From Fimbriosthenelais zetlandica (taxonomy: Eukaryota), in the NCBI GenBank assembly GCA_977030845.1, contig OZ365115.1, forward strand, positions 25,978,001 through 26,042,000: a DNA stretch of 64,000 bases. Reading direction: 5' to 3'. How positions within the stretch are numbered: the first letter of the stretch is position 1; each line of letters opens with the position of its first letter. The position numbers were made by a program, and so were the translations under genes. Below are positions 57,001-63,167 of the stretch, in pieces. The notes beneath the pieces were generated by a model, which was given only the letters and a program-made list of their open reading frames with translations, was not told where the DNA came from and searched no databases.

Positions 57001-59913
57001 GGTTGATAGAAACAGCTTTGAATATATCTAATAGGGCTGGTCCACTATAGGTCACAAGGGGCAAGAGATTGCTTGCGATAACTGTTATTAGCAATCAGAA
57101 GCGATCACAAGGCTGTGGATGAGGTGCCAGCGATCTGATCGTTTGTACCTGGCATATAATTATAGGCCTATGGATGGCCCTATCAATCTTATTCAATGAA
57201 CATTCTAATTAGCTAATGCACATTATCTTTGAACAAACTTGCCTCCAAATTTAATGATTTTAAATTTGCTTTCACTGTAGAAGGCAGAGTCATAATGATG
57301 ACTATTTATTCTAAAGCCTCGAGTACACTAATCCGATTTTCTATCCAGCTCCATCTGATAGCTCTCTGTAAGCACATTTCTATTTACACCAAATTCTTGA
57401 AATTTGAGCGGACTTTTACACCTAGGTAAGACTAACTACTGACATAATTTCAATCATTGGATACCATTAGAAATGGGGGTTCATGTGAGGACAGATTGGA
57501 GAATCGGATTAGTGTGTTCCAGGCTTTACATTATAATTTATTTATAGCTTAAGTATGAAAAGAACAACAGGGAACGACTGCTAGTCAATCATAATATTAT
57601 ATTGTTATTAAGCAGATATATTAGGTCCATTGCAGAATTTCTGTCTTAAGAGCGTCTTAATCTAAGAATCTTGTAGGCATGAGATGCATTGCAGAATGCC
57701 TGTCGCATCATAGAGACTTATTTGCGGTTTGTCTCAAACCCGCCTAGTCCTAGTTCCGCCATTTTAAACTTCTGCAATGGGTGTATCAAAATCCAATGCT
57801 TGCATGTATAACATGCAAGGAGACCCAACAGTTCAGTAGTGGAAGGTTTTGCATGGATTTACTAAAAAGTCTAGGACGACCTATACTGGGCAGGTACACA
57901 TCATTTAATGCACCATCTCTCTACTAAGCCTGCTATAATAGCTAGTATACACCATCCAGGTGTTGTACAAGAAAATCGATGGCGAGGGATCGGCGAGTGT
58001 GCCCTCGTCCAGCGATTGCATTGTTGAAGTGCTGTTTTTTTTAAAAAGTGCTTGGACAACTGCTTGTTATATATATTGCATTGTCCAAGCACTGTTTACT
58101 CCAAAACCTTGCTTGGTCAATGCAATCGCCCCACGAGGGTACCTTCTCCGACCCTCGCCATCGACGATTTCTCGTTGCTTGAACAACACACTGTATAGCT
58201 AGCATAGACCATGAGAGAGGTCTGACAAACGTGACCTACATTTCCTCTCCTCAGCTCAGATGCCTGGTTTTTATTTATTGCCCTCTGCCATGCCTTCCTG
58301 CCTGCTCTGTCTATACAGTTCCTACTTCTTCAGCTTCTCCACCCACTCCTCCAGTACCCACCCACCCACCCACCTACCTACCCTTCACCCACCTTCAAGC
58401 AGACCCCCTGCTGTTGGGAGTAAACCCCTCTAAACTTCTACACAAGTCTGGTGGAACAACTCAGCAAGTGCAACATTCAATCCAAGACTCGTGAGGTTAA
58501 GCCACCATGATTTTTTTTCAGGGATTTTTGACCTGCCGTATTCACTAATTGTAGCATAACACAAACTTAAGCATTGTTATACTATAAAAGGAATATCAAC
58601 CCAATTCCCATGGAAGTGGCATACCATGAAAATGTGTATACAATTCATAGATGTCTGTAATAACTTCTGCCAACATTTGAACGTTCAAAATTTGAGCATC
58701 ACCTATAGCGTTTTTGCATTCTCAGAATATCAAGGGGGTGAATTTAGTTTAAGGTTTTTTTTTTAAAGTTTAATAAGCCTTTTATTTGTACCATTTCCAT
58801 TTTAACAATGTAAAATCTTTTCTATTCGTTCATATATATTTCATTCCTCATGCTAAAAGAATTTTCTCTAGACAGCATCAATATATTTTAGACTGATGTT
58901 AGACTATGAAGTTCTTTGCATCTATGGGCACAGTAGTATAGAAAGCCAGCTATTTCGGCTCTGGAAATACCTCTGCCTCTGATACCACATTCACAAGCTC
59001 TAGTCACTGGGAAAAAGGTTCTTTCTCTTCAGAGCAGCCTCAGCCTTTTGCTAAAAAGGCACATGGAAGGAGCTTCTTATAGCTACTCACAACATCCACA
59101 AGACATCCCCACAAGACAATACCCTCATTGCAGATGTTTAAGATGGAGGAAACGCATTGCACAAGGCGGGTTTGAGACAACCCTCGCAAATAAGCCTCCT
59201 GTCTCATCTCAGCTCAAATTTATGATAGTACAAGACCCATTAATAACACCCTTTTAAACCATCATAGTGTCATCTTAAGTCAGTTTTCACCATTGAAATT
59301 ATTTGCCAAAGTGTCAATTTGCCAAGAATAACAAATGTGACAGTCGTTTTGCAATGCATCTCATGTCTACAAGATTCCTAGATTAAGACACTCTTTAAGG
59401 CAGAATTTCTGCAGTGGCCCTAATAGGGGCCTTGCACCATTGTGTCATATAGTGGATGACAAACGAAAGCATCAACCATATCGTATCTACCATAGGAAAG
59501 TCAGCTGCAAGGTCTAGCTGCAAAACTCACAAGGCATACAATCCAGTGGGACTATCCCATTATGGTCTATAGACTAAGACCATCCAGAAACACTGTTGTA
59601 AATGAATAACAGGAACCGTCTGTCACTGTCTAAGTCGCTATATAGGGTTTAGGGTATATCCGAAGCAATGACCAGGCCTTCAATCAGTGGATTCCATTAG
59701 AAATTGCGGTTCGGATGGCGACGGATTGGAGAATTGTATTAGTGTGTTCCAGGCTTAAGACAGAACTGCTGCAATGGCCCTCATGTTAATTGTCGAATGA
59801 AAATATAATAGTTTTCTATACTAACCTGCAGCTGCTACCTTGACTGTTTTTGTGATCTCCCCTGCCTCATTCTGTATGGTGACCTTGTAGTCACCGGCGT
59901 CCTTGGCTGTTAC
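1..59913 (-). CDS. unc-22: Span of multi-exon twitchin gene (giant Ig/FN3 sarcomeric protein), partial at both ends
   Basis: More than 30 phase-consistent GT-AG exons encode Ig-I domains and an Ig-FN3-FN3 super-repeat, plus a PEVK-like linker, a DFRxxL motif and an RRxSL..IPDxP (D1-like) site as in molluscan twitchin. The kinase domain lies outside the window. Confidence 0.88.
540..873. mobile_element. MITE family A (hAT-like ends cagggttcccag...ctgggaaccctg), copy 1
   Basis: Shared core ccctgagtaagccct...cttctgagtcagtgttgaaatt in four copies; short imperfect TIR; no 8-bp TSD seen. Confidence 0.7.
1018..1245 (-). CDS. unc-22: Twitchin exon, FN3 C-terminal part ([17 protein letters not shown]...[17 protein letters not shown]...ARDPV); alternative acceptor at 1215
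   Basis: FN3 motifs; acceptor ctttttcag, donor T|gtaagt; 228 nt, phase 1-1. Confidence 0.9.
4288..4392 (-). CDS. unc-22: Twitchin exon, FN3 N-terminal part ([10 protein letters not shown]...[13 protein letters not shown])
   Basis: ttttccag / G|gtaagt; 105 nt, phase 1-1. Confidence 0.95.
4531..4725 (-). CDS. unc-22: Twitchin exon, FN3 C-terminal part ([10 protein letters not shown]...[16 protein letters not shown]...KNPY)
   Basis: gacag / G|gtaagt; 195 nt, phase 1-1. Confidence 0.95.
5074..5178 (-). CDS. unc-22: Twitchin exon, FN3 N-terminal part ([35 protein letters not shown])
   Basis: Not in the ORF track; translated by hand; ttttcag / G|gtaaga; 105 nt, phase 1-1. Confidence 0.93.
5525..5660 (-). 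CDS. unc-22: Twitchin exon, Ig C-terminal half (NKQDTT...[25 protein letters not shown])
   Basis: D-x-G-x-Y Ig motif; tttgcag / G|gtaagt; phase 0-1. Confidence 0.95.
5693..5968. mobile_element. MITE family H (PIF/Harbinger-like, ggcccattgcagaa ends, TTA/TAA flanks), copy
   Basis: Similar to 8645-8938, 57624-57781 and 59086-59420. Confidence 0.65.
6024..6178 (-). CDS. unc-22: Twitchin exon, Ig N-terminal half (EAPKLDL...[27 protein letters not shown])
   Basis: tttaacag / ACC|gtatgt; phase 1-0. Confidence 0.95.
6411..6572 (-). mobile_element. tRNA-derived SINE family D, copy 1
   Basis: tRNA-like head on the minus strand (gagttagctcagttgg A-box-like); second copy at 20476-20625. Confidence 0.6.
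6700..6829 (-). CDS. unc-22: Twitchin exon, FN3 C-terminal part ([31 protein letters not shown]...RPLK)
   Basis: gttacag / G|gtaaga; phase 0-1. Confidence 0.95.
6940..7617. repeat. 75-bp tandem array, ~9 copies
   Basis: ggtcgttt at 6996, 7071, 7146, 7221, 7296, 7371, 7442, 7517 and 7592. Confidence 0.9.
7746..7918 (-). CDS. unc-22: Twitchin exon, FN3 N-terminal part ([11 protein letters not shown]...[20 protein letters not shown]...KEPVT)
   Basis: gtgcag / ACG|gtcagt; phase 1-0. Confidence 0.95.
8038..8361 (-). mobile_element. tRNA-derived SINE family C, near full length
   Basis: Minus-strand A box (tagtggttaga) and B box (gttcaatcc); central cacccagtcacattatactgacaccgg domain; other copies at 13815 and 22250. 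Confidence 0.75.
8414..8616 (-). CDS. unc-22: Twitchin exon, FN3 C-terminal part ([14 protein letters not shown]...[16 protein letters not shown]...KNPY)
   Basis: catacag / G|gtaggt; phase 2-1. Confidence 0.95.
8645..8938. mobile_element. MITE family H, copy
   Basis: tta|gggccattgcagaa...aacttctgtgcacaatgggg. Confidence 0.65.
9066..9171 (-). CDS. unc-22: Twitchin exon, FN3 N-terminal part ([36 protein letters not shown])
   Basis: Translated by hand; catccag / AC|gtaagt; phase 1-2. Confidence 0.93.
9598..9781. mobile_element. MITE family F (TA-flanked, ~50-bp TIR ctccactgctgcgatttt...; Tc1/mariner-like)
   Basis: Long inverted repeats; other copies at 40734-40871 and 53356-53545, fragments near 940-978 and 39655-39703. 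Confidence 0.7.
9803..9956 (-). CDS. unc-22: Twitchin exon, Ig C-terminal half ([16 protein letters not shown]...[26 protein letters not shown])
   Basis: Translated by hand; ccacag / G|gtaagt; phase 0-1. Confidence 0.93.
11190..11535. repeat. Degenerate (CT)n/(AG)n low-complexity tract
   Basis: Direct inspection; explains the Leu/Ser ORFs 11164 and 11216. Confidence 0.9.
11691..11753 (-). CDS. Candidate cassette (or terminal) exon [21 protein letters not shown]
   Basis: ctcttacag acceptor, 63 nt open in the phase of the host intron (0-0), weak donor CAG|gtgggc. Confidence 0.35.
12875..13002 (-). CDS. unc-22: Twitchin exon, Ig N-terminal half (KPRILKDSY...[16 protein letters not shown])
   Basis: tcttttag / AAG|gtaaaa; phase 1-0. 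Confidence 0.95.
13623..13773 (-). CDS. unc-22: Twitchin exon, FN3 C-terminal part ([40 protein letters not shown]...KIRR)
   Basis: Translated by hand; ctgacag / A|gtgagt; phase 0-1. Confidence 0.93.
13815..13982 (-). mobile_element. SINE family C, 5'-truncated copy
   Basis: Shared central and tail sequence. Confidence 0.65.
14038..14186 (-). CDS. unc-22: Twitchin exon, FN3 N-terminal part ([11 protein letters not shown]...[19 protein letters not shown]...EWKK)
   Basis: gttacag / AAG|gtaagg; phase 1-0. Confidence 0.95.
14300..14692. repeat. Same 75-bp tandem family, ~5-6 copies
   Basis: Unit anchor at 14308, 14383, 14458, 14532, 14607 and 14682. Confidence 0.9.
14917..15219 (-). CDS. unc-22: Twitchin exon, complete FN3 ([10 protein letters not shown]...[12 protein letters not shown]...[16 protein letters not shown]...KDPW)
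   Basis: ttaccag / G|gtacgt; 303 nt, phase 1-1. Confidence 0.95.
15394..15687. mobile_element. MITE family A, copy 2
   Basis: cagagttcccag...ctgggaaccgtg; similar to 540-873. Confidence 0.7.
15817..16002 (-). CDS. unc-22: Twitchin exon, Ig C-terminal part ([13 protein letters not shown]...[14 protein letters not shown]...IKVI)
   Basis: cactttag / G|gtaagt; phase 1-1. Confidence 0.95.
17200..17273 (-). CDS. Candidate alternative terminal exon ((V)[23 protein letters not shown])
   Basis: NAGNAG acceptor ttttaag/tag; open only in phase 1, the phase of the host intron; ends in TAG; weak pyrimidine tract. Confidence 0.25.
17882..18137. mobile_element. MITE family A, copy 3
   Basis: Same core sequence and right TIR. 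Confidence 0.7.
18967..19020 (-). CDS. Candidate 54-nt cassette exon (phase 1: [18 protein letters not shown]; phase 0: [18 protein letters not shown])
   Basis: Pyrimidine tract ...tctcttcaattcttttgggttacaacag, donor AGG|gtaaag, symmetric length. Confidence 0.4.
20055..20147 (-). CDS. unc-22: Twitchin exon, Ig N-terminal part ([31 protein letters not shown])
   Basis: Translated by hand; atttcag / G|gtaaga; phase 1-1. Confidence 0.93.
20476..20625 (-). mobile_element. tRNA-derived SINE family D, copy 2
   Basis: Shares gctctagaacat...ctgaggagggag...gaaatgccttgg...gagctggcgct with 6411-6572. Confidence 0.6.
20746..21018 (-). CDS. unc-22: Twitchin exon, complete Ig (PDVIIKEQL...LQCKVKNP...WLKNG...[11 protein letters not shown]...VDI)
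   Basis: tttttcag / G|gtaggt; 273 nt, phase 1-1. Confidence 0.95.
21102..21448. mobile_element. MITE family G (hAT-like TIR cagggctgccaact...agttggcagctcta)
   Basis: Both TIRs present; other copies at 22828, 31067 and 39318. Confidence 0.7.
21571..21718 (-). CDS. unc-22: Twitchin exon, Ig C-terminal half (RIDINDPKY...[11 protein letters not shown]...LYVA)
   Basis: tttgcag / C|gtaagt; phase 0-1. Confidence 0.95.
21790..22005. repeat. G/C-run element with degenerate (TAACCC)-like repeats ending ctggatccgcccctg
   Basis: ctaacccta units, polyG and polyC runs. Confidence 0.5.
22073..22194 (-). CDS. unc-22: Twitchin exon, Ig N-terminal half ([10 protein letters not shown]...[19 protein letters not shown])
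   Basis: caaacag / AAG|gtactt; phase 1-0. Confidence 0.95.
22250..22545 (-). mobile_element. SINE family C, near full length
   Basis: Shared central domain; B-box-like ggttcgaacc. Confidence 0.75.
22570..22708 (-). CDS. unc-22: Twitchin exon, Ig C-terminal half ([19 protein letters not shown]...[10 protein letters not shown]...LTVE)
   Basis: ctttttag / G|gtgagt; phase 0-1. Confidence 0.95.
23113..23535. repeat. ~47-52 bp tandem array (acaagcagtttcaaccctattttgtgcagtttctaaaggcacaat), ~9 copies
   Basis: Direct inspection; explains repetitive ORFs 22931, 23026 and 23399. Confidence 0.85.
23580..23811. mobile_element. MITE family E (nested palindrome, gttgtacaag...cttgtacaacaccctg), copy 1
   Basis: Arms ggcgagggtcggcgagg / cctcgccgaccctcgcc; seven copies in the window. 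Confidence 0.75.
24055..24194 (-). CDS. unc-22: Twitchin exon, Ig N-terminal half ([13 protein letters not shown]...[22 protein letters not shown])
   Basis: tttttcag / GAT|gtaagt; phase 1-0. Confidence 0.95.
24581..24851 (-). CDS. unc-22: Twitchin exon, complete Ig following the D1 linker ([14 protein letters not shown]...WLKNK...[11 protein letters not shown]...VHVE)
   Basis: caaaatag / G|gtgagt; 271 nt, phase 0-1. Confidence 0.93.
26118..26201 (-). CDS. Candidate alternative terminal exon ([27 protein letters not shown])
   Basis: Strong acceptor ttcttccttctctacag; phase 0 like the upstream D1 exon donor; ends in TAA. Confidence 0.25.
   Translation of the reverse strand, partial: VPRVSSDFYSDKFCCMSLSLYPDFVKE
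27414..27432 (-). CDS. Candidate 19-nt microexon (TFDWLS), phase 0-1
   Basis: Acceptor cttcttcctgcatcctctctctttag and donor GTA|gtgagt, both strong. Confidence 0.45.
27849..28033. mobile_element. MITE family E, copy 2
   Basis: Sequence similarity to copy 1. Confidence 0.7.
28386..28577 (-). CDS. unc-22: Twitchin D1-type PKA-site exon ([10 protein letters not shown]...[34 protein letters not shown])
   Basis: ttaaaacag / AAG|gtacac; 192 nt, phase 0-0; three RRxS motifs. Confidence 0.88.
31067..31440. mobile_element. MITE family G, copy lacking a clear right TIR
   Basis: Similar to 21102-21448. Confidence 0.65.
32499..32726. mobile_element. MITE family E, copy 3
   Basis: Sequence similarity to copy 1. 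Confidence 0.75.
33992..34228 (-). CDS. unc-22: Second D1-like cassette exon ([10 protein letters not shown]...acidic tract...[32 protein letters not shown])
   Basis: ccaaacag / AAG|gtgatg; 237 nt, phase 0-0; RRxSL...DWP motif. Confidence 0.8.
35597..35722 (-). CDS. unc-22: Cassette exon [42 protein letters not shown]
   Basis: Translated by hand; tttaatttcag / CAG|gtacct; 126 nt, phase 0-0, no stop codon. Confidence 0.7.
37081..37148 (-). CDS. unc-22: Linker exon (Q)[22 protein letters not shown] with a PKA site
   Basis: cttcaacag / AAG|gtaagc; 68 nt, phase 1-0, bridges the phase-1 DFRxxL exon to the phase-0 cassettes. Confidence 0.88.
38676..38738 (-). CDS. Candidate basic cassette exon (Q)[20 protein letters not shown]
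   Basis: aactgtag / C|gtatga; 63 nt, phase 1-1, open frame. Confidence 0.45.
39318..39625. mobile_element. MITE family G, truncated copy
   Basis: Similar to 21102-21448. Confidence 0.65.
40037..40048 (-). CDS. Candidate 12-nt microexon (QFDF)
   Basis: ctaatatttcattacag|AGTTTGATTTTG|gtaaga; phase 1-1. Confidence 0.4.
40527..40628 (-). CDS. unc-22: Linker exon with DFRxxL motif ([34 protein letters not shown])
   Basis: catttcag / C|gtaagt; 102 nt, phase 1-1. Confidence 0.9.
40734..40871. mobile_element. MITE family F, partial copy
   Basis: Right TIR ...aaaatcgcagcagtggag|ta. Confidence 0.65.
41129..41368 (-). CDS. unc-22: Twitchin exon, divergent Ig body ([23 protein letters not shown]...[11 protein letters not shown]...VFVK)
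   Basis: ttttgcag / G|gtacgt; 240 nt, phase 1-1. Confidence 0.92.
41733..41896. repeat. Degenerate 75-bp family units joined to a tRNA-SINE head fragment
   Basis: cacttggtcgattagg-like anchor twice, then cctcgaacctggg...ctaaccactacaccacc. Confidence 0.5.
41901..42118. mobile_element. MITE family A, copy 4 (truncated, close to the donor of exon 42132)
   Basis: Same core sequence; right end missing. Confidence 0.65.
42132..42234 (-). CDS. unc-22: Linker plus Ig A-strand exon ([34 protein letters not shown])
   Basis: ttttaatctag / G|gtatgt; 103 nt, phase 0-1; RRGS site. Confidence 0.88.
42339..42361 (-). CDS. Candidate 23-nt connector microexon ((E)QEDCGSS), phase 1-0
   Basis: ttttttccccgttatag / TCA|gtgagg; supplies the phase 1 to 0 switch needed before exon 42132-42234. 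Confidence 0.45.
42413..42571. mobile_element. MITE family E, copy 4 (internally deleted)
   Basis: Sequence similarity to copy 1. Confidence 0.7.
44186..44234 (-). CDS. unc-22: Candidate internal first coding exon [16 protein letters not shown]
   Basis: ATG with an in-frame TGA two codons upstream; canonical donor G|gtgagt; purine-rich coding-like sequence. Confidence 0.6.
44233..44305. promoter_or_regulatory. Cluster of three CCAAT/ATTGG pentamers at the putative internal start
   Basis: ATTGG 44233-44237 (overlaps the ATG), CCAAT 44259-44263, ATTGG 44301-44305. Confidence 0.3.
45545..45778. mobile_element. MITE family E, copy 5
   Basis: Sequence similarity to copy 1. Confidence 0.75.
45930..46244 (-). 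CDS. unc-22: Large low-complexity cassette exon ([11 protein letters not shown]...[17 protein letters not shown]...RKRYPRLS...PIEEEE); second donor at 45924
   Basis: Long pyrimidine tract ...ttctttgcattgtcag; donors G|gtaaag or G|gtgaca; 315 nt, phase 1-1. Confidence 0.75.
46435..46442 (-). CDS. Candidate 8-nt (or 12-nt, to 46446) microexon (D)FE
   Basis: Near-consensus donor GAG|gtaagg with tandem acceptors tcag|GCAG|AT. Confidence 0.3.
48233..48241 (-). CDS. 9-nt microexon (A)KK
   Basis: gttttcctttatttctacttttcgtag|CTAAGAAAG|gtaagg; phase 1-1. Confidence 0.65.
48933..48995 (-). CDS. unc-22: PEVK-like exon (V)[20 protein letters not shown]
   Basis: ctgtttgcag / G|gtaggt; 63 nt, phase 1-1; P/E/V/K composition. 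Confidence 0.85.
50124..50280 (-). CDS. unc-22: PEVK-like exon [52 protein letters not shown]
   Basis: ctgcacag / G|gtgaga; 157 nt, phase 0-1; acceptor position less certain. Confidence 0.8.
52306..52367 (-). CDS. unc-22: Linker exon (V)[20 protein letters not shown]
   Basis: ttgccttgcag / GAT|gtaaga; 62 nt, phase 1-0. Confidence 0.85.
53356..53545. mobile_element. MITE family F, copy
   Basis: actccactgatgcgattt...aaaatcgcggaagtggagta. Confidence 0.65.
55050..55076 (-). CDS. 27-nt microexon (x)KPVEGEEE
   Basis: tttttatccaacag / G|gtaaag; phase 1-1; further possible phase-0 donors just downstream. Confidence 0.6.
55600..55611 (-). CDS. 12-nt microexon (Q)LGS
   Basis: cagcccttttcag|AACTAGGTTCTG|gtaagt; phase 1-1; TGCATG directly after the donor. 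Confidence 0.6.
56074..56970 (-). CDS. unc-22: Twitchin exon: ~175-aa E/D-K repeat, AP-rich linker and complete Ig
   Basis: ORF 56042-57094; ttttctag / C|gtgagt; 897 nt, phase 1-1; Ig motifs WFKNG and DDIAEYRL. Confidence 0.93.
57315..57525. mobile_element. MITE family I (taa|agcct...cacactaatccgattctc TIR...aggct|tta; Harbinger-like)
   Basis: Both TIRs present; related pieces near 37400-37542, 59690-59756, 60340-60520 and 63490-63752. Confidence 0.7.
57624..57781. mobile_element. MITE family H, internally deleted copy
   Basis: tta|ggtccattgcagaa...aacttctgcaatggg. Confidence 0.65.
57957..58193. mobile_element. MITE family E, copy 6
   Basis: caggtgttgtacaag...cttgaacaacacactg, both ends matching. 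Confidence 0.7.
59086..59420. mobile_element. MITE family H, copy in opposite orientation to 8645
   Basis: cattgcagatgtttaagatgg...ttctgcagtggccc|taa. Confidence 0.65.
59826..59913 (-). CDS. unc-22: Twitchin exon, Ig C-terminal strands ([29 protein letters not shown])
   Basis: ttcccgtcacag / G|gttagt; phase 0-1; D-A-G-x-Y motif. Confidence 0.92.
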
Positions 59914-60123
59914 CTGTGACGGGAAAAACACTTCATTAGAAAAATATAATAAAATGTGAGAAATACATGGTTATTTTGTACACGATAGTCCCTATAACTA
60001 AGTATAATCTTTAGCGATACCTGCCTGACCCTTAAAATGGCAGTTAAGTATACAATCCCCCCATTGTATATAAATTTGTGAAGGCGAGGGAAGGGCTCAC
60101 ATAACTCTTTGCTATTTGCGTAA

Positions 60124-60321
60124 AGCCTGGACCGCATTAATTAATCCGATTCTCTTTCCGGCTCCATCCGATAGCTGTGTGAACCTATATTTGTATTCAC
60201 ACTAAATGCTTGTAATTTGAACAGACATTAACAAACACGTAGGTAAGCATTTCAATCATTGGATGCAATTAGAAATTGGGGTTCGGATGGATTGGAGAAT
60301 CGGATTAGTGTGTTCCAGGCT
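60124..60321. mobile_element. MITE family I, copy
   Basis: taa|agcctgg...ccaggct|tta. Confidence 0.7.
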
Positions 60322-61234
60322 TTAATGTGCCCACACAGTACCAACCAGTCGCCATCCGATCTTCCAATTCTAATGACATCCAAAGATTGAAATTGTATTG
60401 GTGGTAACCCTTACCTAGGTGTAAGGGACGATTCAAATTACAAGCATGGGTGTGAACAGAAATATAGTATTGGACGGTTATCGGATGGACCTGGATAGAG
60501 AGAGAATCGGACTAGTGTGTAGGTACCTCAGAGTGTCAACTTTGATATATTCCAATTACTGTCATTTTGTAGTTCAGATCAATGCTAATTTCAACCTCCT
60601 AGCAATGAAAAAATAAAAATAAAACAGATGGAAAGCTATCATTGAGAGACATATACCAAGAATGTATATCACTTTCTCTCTCATAATTGCTCAACAGGTC
60701 TGCGGAAGGAATTTCGTAATCCTGTCGTCAGTTAAATTGGTTGACCTACATTTTCCTTAGGCTGTTCAGAGGATTAACTAAAATCTGAAGAAAACGTTAT
60801 CTTAGACCTATGCATAGAAGAGAAACTAAATTCGTGTTTTCAACAGATTCCTTAACAAACCATTGGTTTTGGAAGCAAATACATGAAGCTCCCTGCAATC
60901 TGTTCTTGATGCAAATCTTCATGGGGTAGCTCACATTGGTGTTCTTCTGAATCGCTAGAGCTGCGATTTTGTTGCGCTCGCACTTTTCAATGGCTTCAAA
61001 TGCCAGATATGCCGCATCACTCACAAAAAGAGCATGATATATAGGCACTTATCACTAATAGCAAGCTCCTGCTAGTGTAGATACACGTGTGGAAAAAGCG
61101 GTAGAAAGTACAGAAGCTACCGCATTAATTCTGGTCTAATGTTAAGAAGTAACATTAATTATAATGATTGATACCAAATCATCAGGAGATGCTTAACTGA
61201 ACAGTATTGTGTGTTAGGACTAGACAATACATAG

Positions 61235-61333
61235 ATAGAGCTGACCTCGGGCAGGTCTGAGTGGTGGTATGTCCCCCCACCCGAAGCTGCACGGACATAC
61301 CACCTACCCAGACCTGCCCGAGGTCGGTCCTAT
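61235..61333. repeat. GC-rich near-perfect inverted repeat (~33-bp stem, 18-nt loop)
   Basis: gacctcgggcaggtctgagtggtggtatgtcc pairs with ggacataccacctacccagacctgcccgaggtc. Confidence 0.85.
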
Positions 61334-61927
61334 ACTTATTCCACCCCAAACCAACAAAAAATACCCCCAAAATTCACTGTATTCCCATTAATGTTAAAGG
61401 AAACTAGGTCAACCTTTATTTCCCTAGGGCAAATACTGGACACAATATGTCCCTCCCGACTGCATATTTCCCCCTATAGTAATCCTAAGGATGAACAATA
61501 CTTGGGGTGGAATAAATGGATCAAACCCGAGTTCCAAAATGTCAATCGGGAGGTATTCAGGTTTTCTGTACAACTGCCTTGGTTTGCTCTTTGGTAGTTT
61601 TGTTTTTAGCCCTAGTGACTACTAGCATAGTTTGTGACATTTCCTATGGCAAGAGAAACAGAGGGAGAATGCATCTTGCCAAGGGTTTATGCCAAAGGCC
61701 AATGCCAAGGCTGGAAAGGTGAAGGGGATTACAAAGGATATACTGGGTTCAGTGCTTCCCTATTCCACTGGGTAGGCCAAACTCACTTGGGTTTTCATTG
61801 CTTGGGACTCTTGCAAATTCTGTTGCAATTGTAAGTCCACTACAAGCTACATCACATTGAACGATAATGATTTTGCCAATGGTTGTACAATTGCTGGGGC
61901 TTGCTTAAGTCCCCCAAGCAGAACTAT

Positions 61928-62160
61928 CCCCCTGTTGTACATAAAAGGAACCTCGCCAATAGCGAGGGTCTGCGAGGCCAACCTCCTCGAGCGTTTACTT
62001 TGTTCAAGTACAGTTTTCTGAAAAAAGTGTTTGGACAATTGCTTGTTGTTGCATTATCAAAGCACAGTTTTTCTCAAAAATACTGTTTGGAAATATAATC
62101 GCTCCACGTGGGTACCCACGCCGACCCTCGCCATTGACAATTTACTTGTACAACACCCTG
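61928..62160. mobile_element. MITE family E, copy 7
   Basis: Sequence similarity to copy 1. Confidence 0.75.
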
Positions 62161-62669
62161 ATAATTTCGCAGCAATATCTTGTTGCCACTGACTGTCTTT
62201 TGTGAATCTTGCATGGTTGCTGCGAATGTCTAGCTACACTGTCACAAGAAGGCAGGCCCCTCCTTTTGCAGAATTTAAGACAATTTCAATGAGGAACTGC
62301 AAGAATCAAAATGAAAAAAAAATCCTTAATGAGTAAGCCCAGTACAGCCAATGGATCCAGTCTTTTCATATCTCTTAAAATGTATTAAATTGTAGTTGAA
62401 CAATATAGATTATATATAGGATGGGGGAAAATCTATAATACTCTTTGCAATCATGATTTCAGATTTTAAATGACTATATTGAAGCATTTTGAATAAATAA
62501 TGTCTGATAATGAAAAGACACACAGTATTCTTTATGGGCAGGTGATCCAAAATGACCCTTGCCAAGGCAACCTTTCTACGGGCCAGGTAAGGAAAGCAAG
62601 AGTATAGCTCCCAACTTATATATAGGACATTCACAAGCACAGCTGTACTTCCCCTCTCAGCTCTGAGAT

Positions 62670-62805
62670 NNNNNNNNNNNNNNNNNNNNNNNNNNNNNNN
62701 NNNNNNNNNNNNNNNNNNNNNNNNNNNNNNNNNNNNNNNNNNNNNNNNNNNNNNNNNNNNNNNNNNNNNNNNNNNNNNNNNNNNNNNNNNNNNNNNNNNN
62801 NNNNN
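62670..62805. other. Assembly gap (136 N)
   Basis: Run of N. Confidence 1.
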
Positions 62806-63167
62806 AAACTACGGTGGTGAAAACACTGCCTAGTCAGTGTTGATATGAACAGAAGCAGGGGGCCCAGAACCTAGGTCAAGATAGGCAGATAACAGAGGCC
62901 AAGTTTACACAAATCCTCAGTTTGATTTCTTGGAAGGAACTCCCCCTTTCTCTTGCTTATTTGCTTCATATTTCCATCGTATGTCAGCTTGGCATTGCTT
63001 GTACTTTTGCATTGATTACTCAAGAACATCAATCGGTTTTTTGGGGGGCTGCAGGCTTTGATGCTTTCTGGGTAATGTCTAATGAAAGATTGTTTTGAAA
63101 AGTGTCAAGAGTGTTGCCACATGTTTCGTCATGGGAGAGATGTAGAGATGATGACGGGGCATTTTCT

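Noticed and set aside
60797-61048. 83-aa minus-strand ORF with protein-like composition
   Set aside because: No Ig/FN3 motif and no convincing splice sites; I cannot assign it without a database search.
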